The notes beneath the pieces were generated by a model. The model searched no databases, was not told the origin of the DNA, and saw only the letters and a program-made list of their open reading frames with translations. A DNA stretch of 49,448 nucleotides, filler included, from Jimgerdemannia flammicorona (Eukaryota): the NCBI GenBank assembly GCA_003990765.1. It is 2 parts of 2 records of this genome, joined end to end, with 100 filler letters (N's around TTAATTAATTAA, not from the genome) between each part and the next. Parts side by side here need not be neighbours in the genome. Positions count along the whole stretch, not along the records: positions 1 to 24,676 come from RBNJ01000942.1; positions 24,777 to 49,448 come from RBNJ01000943.1. The stretch is one strand, 5' to 3'. This document shows, piece by piece, positions 10,984 to 24,986 of this stretch. Position numbers and translations under genes: made by a program. Position 1 is the first letter of the stretch. The number at the start of each line of letters is the position of its first letter.

Positions 10984-13900
10984 ATATATCTCTCTACATT
11001 CTATAGATATACTACTGAAGAGTCAATCCTGACCTTCATTGAAGACTTTGAACAATTTGCTGCTGTACAAGTTCTTGGTGTGGATGCACAATTGGCTCTT
11101 CTACCTGTCAGCCTCAGAGGACCTACCAGAGACAAGTTCAATATAGTCACTATTACTAGTAATAGTGCAGCCAAACTTGCCAATATAAAGGCCTTACTCA
11201 GAATAATATACTATACTGAAGAGATCAAGCAAGCTCTCAAAGATCAACTCAATACTATCTGTCAGAGACTTAGTGAAGATCCCAACTTATTTTATATCTG
11301 AATCTGTCACTAGATTATCTTAGCTGGCTATGATGATGCCCTCAAGGAATAAATAGCAGATTCAACCTTCCTCAAAGAAGTTCACTCTGAAATTGCCCTA
11401 GCAATCTGGTCTACTCTAGCTATACTAACTCTTGATCAGAAAGTAGTCTTTGTACAGAGATATTAGACTGCCAGACACTCTGCCAAATACTTAATGGAGA
11501 AAATAACTGATATCAAGATAGAGCTATCAAAGCCAACTAGTATCATATCTGCTATAGTTGTAAACAGACAACTATCCCCATCTACCCCCAAGGTAGCCAA
11601 AGCTGACCCAGTGGAGGAACTTACCAAGTAGTTCACCAAGATGACTGCATACCTTGGTGATGTTGTTAGAGAAGTCCAAAGTACCAATAGGAGACCAGTG
11701 TAGAGATTTGCAGCTGCTATAGAATAATGTAATATTACATACTTCAGATATAGAGAAAAAGGCCACTACATATGCAAAGAGCTGCATGACCAAAATAAGA
11801 TACAAAGCCCAACTAAGCAATGCTAGTAGAACCAGAGAACAAATCAATATAGTAGTCATCAAGGAGATTGATGATACTGATAATGAAGAATACTATGAGG
11901 AGCTCAAATTCTACCCTGCTACTGAAGGTACCAGAACTAGGTCCAAGCCCTAAGACAATAAGAGCAATAGCAAGCCAGTTGGAAGATCAAAGAAGACAGC
12001 TATTACTATCTAAAGTAAGATCCAATCTGAGGAGATTGATCAAGATATGGAGTTAGATGAAGCTACTCACCAAATCATTGAAGACACTACTCTAGTCTCA
12101 GGAGAAAGCAAAAGTAAGAAGGAACAGAAGCTGTGTAAGACCAAGATCCATCAGTATGATATCTACAAGGATCTCAAGGAACAGAAGATCAATGCTACTT
12201 TTGGACAGCTAGCTAAAGTCCCTGCCTTCAAACAGCAGTTGAGAGTAAAACTTGCAACTACTGCCAAAAATCAAGAGTACAAGATTGTAGAAGCTCACAA
12301 TGCACAAGAAGAATCCAAAGACTCAGACAAAAAATCTGAAGACCAGTACAAAACATCAGCCTATACTCTATATCAGATTAAAGATTGTATCTTTGATGCC
12401 ATCATTGATATTGGTGCTGGAGAATGTCTCATGAGTAAGAAGACAATTGACTGTCTAGGCTGGGACATTGAAGAGTCTACCAAGATGGTCTATGTTACAA
12501 TAGATAGTATACAAACTACCCCCCTTGGCAAAATCTGAGAAGTCTCTATTAAGATAGGAGGAGCCACCATTCCAGTAGATGTGATTGTTACAAGCACCAC
12601 CAACTATGACATTCTTGTTAGCAATCAATGACTTCATAAGGCCAAGGCCATTAGTGATTCCAATGCCCAGAAGATGCAGATCAACTATAGAGAAAGAAAG
12701 GTACAAGTCTCTATCAATATCTATAAAGGAGTTCTATCAGATATAGAGGAAGGAGATGAGGAGGACACAGAAGTCTTCATATACTCAGTGAATAAGAACA
12801 AGAACAAGATACCCAAGCTCACAGATGAGCAGTGGTACAACAAGATCATCAATGGCTATGCTCCTCAAGAAAGATGTCTCCATAGTACTAGGATGTACTG
12901 CTCTGAATACCTGAATAACTGCTGGTCCTGTATCAGTGAAGTCAGAAAAATCCACCAATAGAAATATAAGCAAGAAGCTGCCAAAGTAAAAAGGAAAGTC
13001 AAAAAAGATGACCAGCCCCCCAAGCTTCAAGCTGACAGTAATGATGAGGAGGAATAAGAACCAGATATCACCCTTAAGGTCAAGAAGTTCTATCCCAAAG
13101 CCAAGATCCCAGAATATAAGACCAAATAATAGACCTTGCTAGCATTCAAGATGCTACTCTTGAACCACAGACCACTACCCTACTTGGCATTGAAATTGGA
13201 GTCAAGTTGCCAGAGAACCATGTTAGAATTATCAAGACCAGGAGCAGTCTGGCCAAAAGTGAAATCTCAGTTAAAGGAGGAGTAATTGACCCTAATTACA
13301 CTGATGAGATCTTCCTCATAGTTAGGAATCACAACCCCACTACCCCATTCAAGGTCAAGAAGCATGACAGGATTGGCCAGATACTGATCTATGAAATCAA
13401 GAAGCCTAAGATCACTGAAGCCATTAAACTCATCAAGACCAAAAGAGGAGAACAAGGCTTTGAATCTACTGGAAGAGGAACCTATGCCACCATCAAGATT
13501 ACTAAACTTGAGCATAAGAAAGACAAGAACAATAACAAGCACACATACCATTGGAGAAAACTTTCCCCTAGAAGAACAACTTCACAAGATCTTGCACCAG
13601 AATGAAAGAGTACTTACTACAGACTTTAGAGATATCCATAATCAAGAACCCAAGTACTACTATGAAGTTAACACTAGTGACACCAAACCCATCTACCAGA
13701 AAGCCAGACCCATAACATCTGCCTATAGAGAATGGCTGCAAGCAGAACTCAAGAAAATAGAAGAAGCTGGAATTATCAAGTAAGCTATCAGTCCCTGGGC
13801 TTCACCCATTGTCCTTGCCCTGAAGAAAAGAAGCAAGCCTGGAGAGTTTACACTAGACTCTGTATTGACTACAGAAAGCTTAATATAATTACTAAGGAGG

Positions 13901-16225
13901 ATAGACAACTCTTGCCAAATATTCAAGAAATCCTTACCACTCTTGGAAGCAAAGCCAAATAATATACTATCTTAGATCTGTTCTCAGACTTCTATCAGAT
14001 TGGTCTCACTCAAGATATCAGTGAGAAATCAGCCTTCATCACACCTGATGCCACCTATATCTACCTACAAATACTATTTGAAATGTGCAATACCCTAGCA
14101 AGTTTTTAGTAATTGATGAACAGAGTCTTCAGTAATGAGATTGGAAAATGGCTCTTTGTCTATGTTGATGATGTGATCATCTTCAGCAATACTATATGGG
14201 AATATATCAATCACATCAAGTTAGCCCTCAAGAAGCTCAAGGAGCATGACCTCTACATTAAGCCCAAGAAATGTAAGTTTGTGGCTCAGGAAATTGCCTA
14301 CCTAGGACACCTCATCAACTAGACTGGAATCCACACAGACCTCATAAAAATCAAGGCTATTGTAGTCTACCTAAGATCCAGAATAACTACAGAAGTCCAT
14401 GCCTTTCTTGGACTGGCCTCCTACTACAGAAGATTCATTAAAAGATACTCTAACATTACAGTACCTATCTATGAGCTACTGAAGAAAGAGACTAAATTTG
14501 AATGGACCAAGGAATACCAAGAAATCTTCAATGAACTCAAGACCAGATTGACCCAAGCACCTATCCTCAGAAGACCAGATTGAAACCTAGAATTCATCCT
14601 ACAGACAGATGCAAGTGCTATAGAACTTAGAGCAGTCCTAGCTCAGAAGAAAGATAGATATAAATATGTCATCTCCTATACAAGCTGAGATACTCACAGA
14701 GTAGAACAGAACTATGAGTCATGTAAGCTCAAATACTTAGCAATAGTTTAGGCAATAGACAAGTTCTACTACTATCTAGCTAGGAAATACTTCACTATTC
14801 AAATAGACTATTCTGCTCTTGCCTAGCTATTCCACACTCTGAACCCCAAAGGAATATATACCAGATGGATCTACAGACTGCAAGAGTATGACTATACTAT
14901 CAAGTACTGCTCAGGAAGAATTAATACCAATGCTGATATACTCTCAAGGATACCCTGAAATACCCCCATCAAGACTATTCAACATTAATAAGAAGTTATA
15001 CTATGGATTAATCAGCTATCTTAGGCAGTAGCACCTTGAACTCTAGACAATCACCATCATCAACTGGACTTAGAAATAGTTTGAACTAGACAACACTATA
15101 CTCAGAAAAGGAGAAAAGCTAGTAATATCTGAATATAAGAAGTATTAAGTAATGAAGGAAGTATATGAGCAAGGACACTTAGGAGGAATCAATATATATA
15201 ACAAGGTAAGAAGAACTATGTGGTGGCCCAAGATAAAAGAAGACCTGCACCAATTTGTCAAAGGGTGTGATAAGTACTAAAAACAGAAACAAGATCAATA
15301 AGACCAGGTACCCAGGTTATCAAAAATTGAGCCTATCTCCTTCCACCACATTGTAATAGATATTATTGAGCTACTACTAGTAATACTATTAGAAAACCAC
15401 TATATTATAGTTATTGTAAATCTCTTTACCAAATAGATAGAAGTAAGAGTATTACAAGAAGCTAATGCCCTCTCTATAGCTGACTTCCTATACCAAGAAA
15501 TCATCTGTCACTATAAGACACTGAAGCAAATCATAACAGACTACAGTACAGAATTTGTCAATGGATTCTATGAGATAATATGTATATCAGAAATACAAGA
15601 TCCAGTACATCAAGACCACTTTATATCACTTTCAAGGAAATGGACAGACAGAGAGAACCAACAAGACCCTCAAGAACATTCTGGCAAAAATCTCAGAGAT
15701 ATACAAGAATTGGGATAACTACCTCCCAACTGCCCTCTCTATCCTACAAGATATATAGTCACAGAGCACACACTTTACCCTAAGAGAACTACTCTTCAGA
15801 GAAGAAGATTCTGATAGAACCTCAGCCACAAATCTAGACCTAACTTGGAGATAGATTGATGCAGAAATCTGGAGACTATATCAAATCAGGAATAAGGCTG
15901 AAGATTATGTTATCAAGTTACAAGTACTGACAAGGAAGAATACAGAAAAGAATCACAAGACCCTAGAACCCATCCAAATCAGAGAAAAGGTCCTACTATA
16001 TTAAAATATAGTAGAAGTCTCATAGTCATAAAAACTGGAGCCCAAATAAGAAGGACTCTTCTATATGTAAGATATTAAGGGAACTATCTTCTGGCTTAGA
16101 AAAATCTCAGAGACTATACTGCCTACTATAGTATACAGGAACAGACTCAAGAAGTATTATGAACCTATATAAGAGAAGCAAAACATGATGACCACTCATA
16201 AGGTTCTAGTCCATGAATCATAACA
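10984..16225 (+). pseudogene. gag-pol of B1 (Gag, PR, Cys module, dUTPase, RT, RNase H, IN)
   Basis: AIIDIGAG protease; KTRSSLA/GGVIDPNY/RGEQGFESTG dUTPase; LCIDYRKLN; YVDD at 14161. The start ATG has decayed to ATA (intact in B3 at 40597). End approximate. Confidence 0.92.
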
Positions 16226-16536
16226 GCATGTTCCATAACCAGCAGACTATCTGTCTGAACCATTCTCTAAGGGATACCATACTAGCAACTACTCATCTAT
16301 GAGACTTTTGAAGCCAGAGGAGTTTGAACCATCAACTGATTGATCAAGATCAGAATCAGGCCCTTACTCTATATGAAGGGAGTGACTCTTCACCATTATA
16401 CCAAAATATATAGGGAAGATGCTAGCCCATAAACACCACTTTTTAACCCCTTATCAGAGGTTTTGGGATCAGCAAATTTTTCAGGACTGGATCAATGAAT
16501 AAGGATACTCAAGAAGATCCTTATTTAGGAGAAAGA

Positions 16537-18166
16537 TATAACAGTGACCCTAGAATGATGACATTAGTACAAGAGACAGCCTTTCCTCACAAGCTACTAG
16601 ATTAGAGTACAAGAAGATCATACAGCATATAAGATAAGTAATTATGACCAACTGTGAGTCATTGTGACTACAGTACAGACATCTTGAGGAATATAAAAGA
16701 AGAATCAAGGAACCACAGTAGCAGCAACTCAATAAGACCCACTAATCCCAAAATAGCTCAAAGACTTACCATAAATAAAATATCTGCTACTTACCAAACC
16801 TCAAGGTCAAGAAACTACCAAGGCACCTTAGTTGAAGAAAGGATATTCTAAGACATCAGAAGAGGTATGAGGACCTGTACAAGAAGGACTCCTAGTATTA
16901 ACCTGGGTACTGCAGATTCTTATCATTTTATTCTCTATCACTGTGAAATGGAAACAAGGATCACCATTACTACTGAATACCTTCAAATATAGCAGGAGTA
17001 TAAAATAGAAAACCTCCTCTGCCGGGAGTTCCCACAGGCCAGCCTTTAAGAGTTATAAGATGCCACTCCTATAGATATATATGAAACAAGGACAGCTAAG
17101 AAGATCCATCAGATCTTCAGGTATATACCATGGTTGATTCTCAACTTGGAGTATATTAGAGTCTCAGACTTCAGAGATCTGTCAGCCTGCTATATCAATG
17201 CACTAGAAGCCAGGGTGGTTACAGAAGCCCAGTCCACTATTACCCTCAATAGTGATAAAGTAGAAAACTTCTAGCATCCCATCTTTCAGGACAACCTAGA
17301 CCAATTTTTGCAAGGATTGATCTCAGTATTCCAAGATCCAAGCATCCAGATTAGATCTCTCCAAGACCTTACATTTGTCTCCTATTTCATGGAAGAGAAC
17401 CTCATAAATTAGAGAGCCCCTGATTTTTCTGTTAAATATGATGACATCATCAGTGATGACATCATCCTATATAATATATGCAAAATGTATAACCTACATG
17501 ACAATGATGAGATAGATGAAATATTTGTGGACTTCATCTCCTTCAAAGATATCTTGATCTTGGACAAGGATGAAGTCCCTATAGTCTTGAACATTTTGCT
17601 CTAAAGTCCCTTGATTATACTGAATTATACTAGCACTCTTTTTCTATAAAATAGCTATTCCTCTATTAGCATTCTGATGTGACTCAGAATTATTCCAGCA
17701 CTCTTTTCCTATATAACAGCTATTCCTCCACCAGCATTCTGATGTGACTCAGAATTATTCCAGTACTATTTACTTATACTACTGAAATTATATCAGTATT
17801 TTGAATCTATACAACTATCAGTGCTAATACTGGAACTTAGCAGTTTTTTATATCTTGGTATTTTATTTTAGTTATTGGAATTTATATTTAGCTTTTTATC
17901 TTAGCAACCATTGAATTATATTTTGTATAAATACCCCTCTTATTTTCTCTAAAATAAAGTCAGTTCCTCTTAGTATAATATATATAATTCCTTACAAGCA
18001 ATCTAAGAGATAACAAGACAGTTTAAAGATAAGAAGTTTGAGGACTATAAGACCTTAGGAAGGCACTCCAATAAGAACTTACTTATAACAAACTTGAGTT
18101 AGTCTAAGAGATATACCTTGAAGAGAATCTGATATATTTGAAGGACTCAGTAACCACTATATGATA
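16537..18166 (+). repeat. 3' LTR of B1 (1630 bp), containing a decayed ORF at 16780-17604
   Basis: Direct repeat of 9240-10857; termini decayed to tataac...atgata. Confidence 0.93.
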
Positions 18167-18687
18167 CTATATATAGAGGGATATTTAGTAGCAAATTTGG
18201 GAAATACTTTTACACTGATGAAAAATATTGATATAAGTATCAGTACCAATATAAACTATATATCAAGTACTTATATATATAGTAAAGAAGTCTGGCTTAT
18301 AGATTCCAATATAATATAGTATATAATAGTATACTATAAGTAGACTATTAGTCTATAGTTATTACTAATTATACTAGTTCTAAAGAAAAGAGGCAAGCTA
18401 GGAGAATTTACAGAAAACTCAATAAGATTACTAAGAAAGATTACTAACTACTGTCTCTTATTAGTGATATTCTAATAATACTAGAAGATAAAGTACAATA
18501 CTATACTATTTTAGATTTATACTTAAGATTCTAACAAATCAGTCTTAAAAGGAAACTAGTAAAAGATCAGTCTTCATTACTCTAGATAGAATTTATGTCT
18601 ATTTATAAATACTATTCAGAATATATAATGCTCTAGTAAACTTCTAGAGAATAATAAATAAGATATTTTATAATAATAGAGAAAAAT

Positions 18688-19032
18688 TAGTACTCTTAAA
18701 CAAATTGAATCAATATAAATTAAATTAAATTCAAATTGAATTAAGGCCTGATTTAATTTGAAATATTTATTACAAATTCAAAATGTAATAACTTAATAAA
18801 AATATATCCAAATTTAACATTTTTTATTGAATTAGATTCTCTATTATAAAGTATATTGAACAAGTAAAAATTTATTAAATTTAGATATATTTTAGTTAAG
18901 TTATTGAATTTTGAAAAATTAAGTTCAAAATTAGACTTTAAATTAAATTGGACATTAAATTGACTCTTAATTCAATTTGAATATTTCAAATTAAATCAAA
19001 TTAGAGATAAATTTAATTTATTCTGAGCACTA
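18688..19032. mobile_element. hAT-like MITE (345 bp)
   Basis: TIRs tagtactc...gagcacta; perfect 8-bp TSD AGAAAAAT (18680-18687 / 19033-19040); AT-rich, partly palindromic interior. Confidence 0.85.
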
Positions 19033-19078
19033 AGAAAAATAGATAATATAATTATCTTCAATAAGATAGCTTAGGAAT

Positions 19079-19622
19079 TAGTACTCTAAATAAGTTAATT
19101 CAAATCAATTCAAAATAGCTTATAGATAATATAATTTGAAGAGAATTCAATATATTAATATCATTATTTTGATTTCCAAATTAGATAATTAAATATTTAT
19201 ATCAATAACTTGATGAAAAATTATCCAATTTTGATAATTATATTATTATTCAAAAGTTCTTAATATGGTCTTTCTAATGATACTAAGAATATTAAAATTG
19301 AATGATGTATTACTGAGTTAACAAGAAAAGCATCTGACTTATTGATTTTAGAAATTTCTTTAAAAGAATATCTTTAGTAATAACTTGATAATGTGTCATC
19401 TGTTTTTAATATTCTTAATATCATTAGAAAGATCTCTTCAAGGACTTTTAATTAATATTATAATAATCAAAATTAGATAATATTTTATTAAGTTATTAAT
19501 ATAAACATTTTATTATCTAATTCGAAAATCAAAACAATAATATTGATATATCAAATTTGGACCACTTATAAGCTACTTCAAATTAATTTGAATTAATTTA
19601 AATTAACTTATTCAGAGTATTA
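19079..19622. mobile_element. hAT-like foldback MITE (544 bp)
   Basis: TIRs tagtactctaaataagtt...aacttattcagagtatta; 8-bp TSD ttaggaat / ttagaaat; long inverted arms; similar to 36959-37486. Confidence 0.85.
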
Positions 19623-20971
19623 TTAGAAATATCTAAACTATATCTATCAAATTCTATAGAAATTGAGAGAGTATAATCTAAGTTTATAGAAATCAAGATC
19701 TTCTATCTTGGATATATTATTAATTAGATAGAAATCTATATAGACTTTATCAAGATTTAAGCTATAATAGTCTATCCAAGATCTACTATAGTTATTAAAG
19801 CTCAAGCCTTCATATATAAGACTCACTATCTATTATAGAAAATTTATCAAAGAATTCTCCAACATTGCAGGCCCTATCTATGAACTATTTAAGAAGAATA
19901 TTAAGTTTAAATAGACTGATAAACAGTAATAAGCTTTTGATTAACTAAAGATCTGATTAATCTAAATATCTATATATCTTAAGAAGATCTGACTAGTCTC
20001 AAGAGTTTATCTTATAGACAGATATGAGTTCAGTTGGACTAGAAGCTGTCCTTATATAAAAGAAAGATAAAGTTAAATATGTAATTATATATCTTAGCTA
20101 AAGAATCTATAAAAAAGAAACAGAATATAAATACTATAAGTTAGAGTATCTATAGTTATCTAGACTATAGAAAAGTTCCACTTCTACTTAGCAGAAAGAT
20201 ACTTCACTAATCTATCAGTTCTCATTTAATTGTTGATCATAAGTAAGCTCAAAGAAATATTTGCTAGATAGACTTATAAAGCTATAAGCTTATTATATAA
20301 CTATTATATACTATCTAGAAAGAACTCATACTATAATGAAATTATATCTCAATGTTACAAAGGATTATGTCATCAAGCTGACATCATCAGATTTGTGTCA
20401 CCAGTAAGATTATATACTAGAAAACTCAAAAATATTAGTGAGATTATAGTAATTTTATACTAATTTCAGCTCTTTTCAGCTAATGATATCATAGTAGTCA
20501 TACTAGTCTCTGCACTAGTTTAGTATATACTCACTGACATTATTATGAATATACCTCAGAAATAGACTAAGAATGCTAAAAATAGCATAAGACTAAATTA
20601 GTCTATAATATTATAGGAACTAGAGTATATTGAAATTAGCTACTAATATTATTAGCCTCTTGATATTACAAGCTAGTAAGATCTTCAAAACTAGTGACTT
20701 CATGAGCTAAACTAGACTATGATAAGCTATGAAATCATAGTTACTATATACTAAAATAGTTTATTTGGTAAATAAATAAAAGATTAGCAATTGGCTCTAG
20801 AGAATAATTAACTAAATAATAGCTATATAAATATATAAATGTACTCTCCAAAAAAACAAACTAAATACAAATAAATTATACCCTCTTTCTCTAACATATT
20901 TACCATATACTCTGGAATACTATCTTTAATTATTAATATCAGTTTATCTAGGAATATGTTGACTTAGACAT

Positions 20972-22535
20972 TGTAACAGTGACCCCAGAATAATAACATC
21001 AGCACAGGAGACAGTCTTTCCTTACAAGCCACCAGATCAGAGCACAAGAAGATCATACAGCATATGAGATGAGCAATGATGACCAACTGTGAGTCATTGT
21101 GACTACAGTACAAGTATCTTGAGGAATATAAAAGAAGGATCAAGGAACTATAGTAACAGCAACCAACAAGACTCACTAATCCCAAAATAGCTCAAAGACT
21201 CACTATAAACAAAATGCCTACTGCCTGCCAAACCTCAAGGTCAAGGAACCACCAAGATATCTCAGTTGAAGAAAGAATGTTCCAAGACATCAGAAAAGTC
21301 ATGAGGACCTGCTCAAGAAGAGCTTCTAGTGTTAACCTGGGTACTGGTGACCCTTATCATTATATTCTCTATCACTGTGAAATGGAAATAAGGATCACTA
21401 TTGCTACTGAATGCCTCCAAATGTGGCAGGAGTATGAAATAGAAAACCTCCTCTGTCAGGAGTTCCCACAGGCCAGTACTCAAGAGCTACAAGATATCAC
21501 TCCCATAGATATATATGAAACAAGGATAGCTAAGAAGATCCATCAGATCTTCAGGCATACACCATGGTTGATCTCTAACTTGGAGTATGTTAGAGTCTCA
21601 GATTTCAGAGATCTGTCATCCCACTGTATCAATGCACTAGAAGCCAGAGTGGCTACAGAAGCTCAGTCTACTATCACTCTTAATAGTGATAAAGTAGAAG
21701 ACTTCTGGCATCCTATTCTCCAGGACAACCTAGACCAATTTCTGCAAGGATTGATCTCAGTATTCCAAGGCCCAAGCATCTAGGTTAGACCTCCTCAAGA
21801 CCCCACATTTGTTCTCTATTTTGTGGAAAAGAACCTCATAGACTAGAGAGCTCTAGACCTCCTTCTCACCACTGAATGTAATGATGTTATCAGTAATGAT
21901 GTCATCTCATGTGACATCAAAGCATGCGAAACATATGACCTATACAATGATGATGAATTTTCAGACCTCATCTCCTTTGAAGACATTCTGACCTCTAATG
22001 ATAAAGCCCCTATGGTCTTGAACATTCTGCTCTAAGTCTCTTGGTTATACTGAATAATACCAGCACTGGTATTCTGAGGTGACATAGAATTGTTCCAGTA
22101 CTAACATTTGATGTAATACTGAATAATACTAGCATCGGTATTCAGATGTGATACCAAATTATACCAGCATCTTGAACCTATACAACCATCAGTGCCAACT
22201 TTGGAACTTAGCAGTTTTTTCTGTCCTGGAATTTTATTTTAGTTATTAGAATTTATATTTAGCTTTATATCTTAGCAACTATTGAATTATATTTTGTATA
22301 AATACTCCTCTTATTTCTTCTGAAATAAAGTTAGTCAATTCAGTATAATTCACACACTTTCTTGCAAGCAATCTAAGAGATAACAAGACAGTTAAAGATA
22401 AGAAGTTTGAGGACTATAAGACCTTGGAAAGGTACTCCAATAAGAACTTGCTTATAACAAACTTGAGTTAGTCTAAGAGATACATCTTGAAGAGAATCTA
22501 ATATATTTGAAGGACTCAGCGACTATTACATAACA
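20972..22535 (+). mobile_element. Solo LTR of family B (1564 bp)
   Basis: tgtaacag...ataaca with TSD ACAT (20968-20971 / 22536-22539); no PBS or PPT alongside. Confidence 0.92.
21214..22035 (+). pseudogene. LTR-encoded accessory ORF of family B (273 aa), best-preserved copy
   Basis: The 189-aa ORF continues in frame through two TAG codons (21781 and 21844; CAG and TGG in other copies) to ...MVLNILL TAA. TATAAAA lies ~87 bp upstream. Confidence 0.8.
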
Positions 22536-24199
22536 ACATATATGACCTTGAGTAGTATTTATATACTACTGATGAAGTTGTATCTAGAATGCAATAGATC
22601 ATTAGATACTTTATGACATTATGAAACTATCAAGTAAGTAGACTTATTGTTAGAAATAATATAAATACTACAGAAATATTAGATAAATATAATATCTCTA
22701 TATTTAGATAGTATATTTTACTCTATATCTATCAATTGTTTAGAAGAATGTTCTTTATCATTAGTAGAGTATAAGATATTACTCTTATTGAAATTAGTAG
22801 TCTTAATGATATATATACTATACAAATAGAGTTATACCTTATAAATGACTTTAATCTACAATATCATTAAGATGATGATGCTTGGTCTTATAAAAATAAG
22901 ATCTTAACTCTATTATTGGTCTCTTTTAAGAACTAATTACATAAGTTACTATCTTTACTAGTATCTGGTCTCCTGGCTACCCTATTTTTTCCAATATTAG
23001 ACTAGTTCCTAACTGGTCATCTATATTATCTGAGACCACAAGATCAGAAGCTAGCTCAGAAGAGCTAACCTATTTCTTATCTAGTATAGAGGTAGATAAA
23101 AGGCCCCTAACCTCTTATATAGAAGTCTATCACTACTTTATAATGTAATATATTATATCACAAAGACTTAGTCAAAATCTAGAACAATTATCTCATAGTT
23201 AATATATACATATATAAAAAAAAAATTATAAAATAGCATTATTATAACTTAGTAATAATACTATTATAATATAACTTTTATATCATTTCTAGCAACCTTC
23301 AGTCTTATATATTTTAGCCAATAGTTAGTCAATATCCAAAGACCTTCAAAATATATAAATACCTCCAGAGAAGTAACTCAATAAAGGACAGAATATTCAA
23401 TTCAAAAAAAGAGAACAATTAAGACTTAAAATTTATAATATATAAATAAGTTCTTAAATAACTTTAAATTAAAAGACTATATTTAAAATTAGATATTCTA
23501 AACTCTATAAATACTTGAACTCTGAAAAATCTAAATATAATTCTCAGAACCAGACTATATTTAAAAAGGATATACTAAAAGACTTAAATTAATTCTTAAA
23601 GTCTATAATTACCAAATTATTATCTAAGTCTATTAGAAGGAGACTAGATTAATTAAGAGTATAACAGATAATATTTTGATATTAAGACAGCTGTCTTCTT
23701 AAGCTAAAGATATCTGACATAAGTGTCTTTAAGTTATTAATATTGAGAATTATTAACTTAAAGAGTATAATTACTATAATAGTAAAGATATACTATTATA
23801 AATACTAATATAGATATTTTCTTATAGATATTCCAAAGAACTTGTATTAGTATATATAAGAAACTTACTATAAAATCATCATTTATTTGAGATAGTAAAA
23901 GATATCTATAATAATTTTACAGTTATATCTTAGTCTTAGTACTTTTTTACATCTTTTCTCTAGTCTTTTCTTGTCTTTTTCTGAATATTCTACTATATTC
24001 TTTTTGAATGCCTAGAAATATTCTCTTGGCACCAAGATATTATTAGAACATTTTTGTCTTTTCTAAATACCAAGTATCTCATCTTAGCTAGTTATAAAAC
24101 CTTTTGAAATATTATAGAATTCTATTAGTCATCTTTGCTAAAAAATTTCTTAGCTTTTCTCTTCTTTTCTAAGATCCTTCTAGATCTTTCCTTCAGATC

Positions 24200-24660
24200 T
24201 TATATAAATATCCTTGTTCTCTACTTAAATAAAGCTCAGAATATTTTCTTTCAGAATTTTTTCAAAAATACTTAAACCTATATCAACCTTCTTACTATTC
24301 TTCTCACAAATATATTCTACAAGTCTCCTATAGATTTCCCCTCTAGGTCCCCACCTCTGTCACCAACCATTCAGAATGTCCAGCAATAACTACTCTTATC
24401 ATGCAATCTGTACCCTAAGCATCAAGTGCTGCTCATCCTCAAATATATAAAGCCAATGTCTGATAAGCCTAACCCAAATAGCCAGAGTCCATCTAAAGGT
24501 CAATTACTCATCCTCAACTCCTCCCACCAGTCTATATCAGAGATCATCCCACCTCCTACCCTCTACTCTCTTCAAAGGTCACAGCTCTATCTAGTCTTTG
24601 ATGACTCTTCAGAAATCTTCCAAAACCTCACACTCTTCCAGCTAATGCTCAGAGATCTGT
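24200..24660 (-). repeat. Unidentified coding repeat R, degenerate copy
   Basis: Minus strand reads YIFEDEQHLMLRVQIA**E*LLLDILNGW*QRWGPRGEIYRRLVEYICEKNSKKV, homologous to 24777-24986 and 33733-34340. Confidence 0.6.
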
Positions 24661-24676
24661 ACTTTTTTTTTTTTTT

Positions 24677-24776
24677 NNNNNNNNNNNNNNNNNNNNNNNN
24701 NNNNNNNNNNNNNNNNNNNNTTAATTAATTAANNNNNNNNNNNNNNNNNNNNNNNNNNNNNNNNNNNNNNNNNNNN
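24677..24776. other. Artificial assembly linker
   Basis: 44 N + TTAATTAATTAA (stops in all six frames) + 44 N = 100 bp. Confidence 0.97.
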
Positions 24777-24986
24777 CCCTAGGGGGGCCCTCCCTCCCTA
24801 CCCCTTCCCTGTGAAAGACCACTTTGTCGAACACTATCCCCACCCTCCCACCACTCTGCTCACATATCTTCATCACTAAACCTCGGCGTCGTCCTCCCTG
24901 AGGTCCCCAACCCACCCACCATCCAGTCAGCAGGTCCCCCACCAGCTCCTCTCACCGTAACACCTTTGCACCAAGCCCCAGCCGCT
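24777..24986 (-). repeat. Repeat R, younger CpG-retaining fragment
   Basis: KRLGLGAKVLR*EELVGDLLTGWWVGWGPQGGRRRGLVMKICEQSGGRVGIV. Confidence 0.6.

Larger units (their letters stand above)
9240..18166 (+). mobile_element. Full-length dUTPase-encoding Gypsy, family B copy B1 (inactive)
   Basis: LTRs 9240-10857 and 16537-18166, TSD CTAT (9236-9239 / 18167-18170), PBS at 10861, PPT aggagaaaga at 16527-16536. Confidence 0.95.
1289..18340 (+). mobile_element. Degenerate Ty1/Copia element (short LTR, PBS, gag, start of protease), split by insertion of A and B1
   Basis: LTR-like start TGTTG at 1289, resuming after A at 8129. 'attatgagcc' (8211-8220) resembles the fungal Copia PBS GGTTATGAGCCC. Residual UBN2-type gag at ~8600-8950 (AWKIL..NRFHLKIQLFNL..DKVLAL..SLP..Y..VITTMRES). 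Protease-like EVWLIDS at ~18287-18307, right after B1. Confidence 0.7.
18343..20350 (+). mobile_element. Highly degenerate Gypsy RT-RNase H relic interrupted by two MITEs
   Basis: Collinear with A ~4750-5910 once 18688-19032 and 19079-19622 are removed. Confidence 0.8.

Noticed and set aside
20353..20971. Possible further LTR starting tgttac and hosting the solo LTR
   Set aside because: No matching end, TSD or second copy found.
21214..22035. Accessory ORF as an env gene
   Set aside because: No signal peptide, furin site or transmembrane segment is visible.
22540..24200. AT-rich stretch with TATA/AATAAA-like motifs near 23355-23385
   Set aside because: Probably decayed TE/LTR sequence, but its boundaries and family cannot be supported.
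24677..24776. Palindromic TTAATTAATTAA between N runs, and ORFs 24426-24728 and 24721-24942 that cross it
   Set aside because: Synthetic six-frame-stop linker; adjacency across it cannot be trusted.
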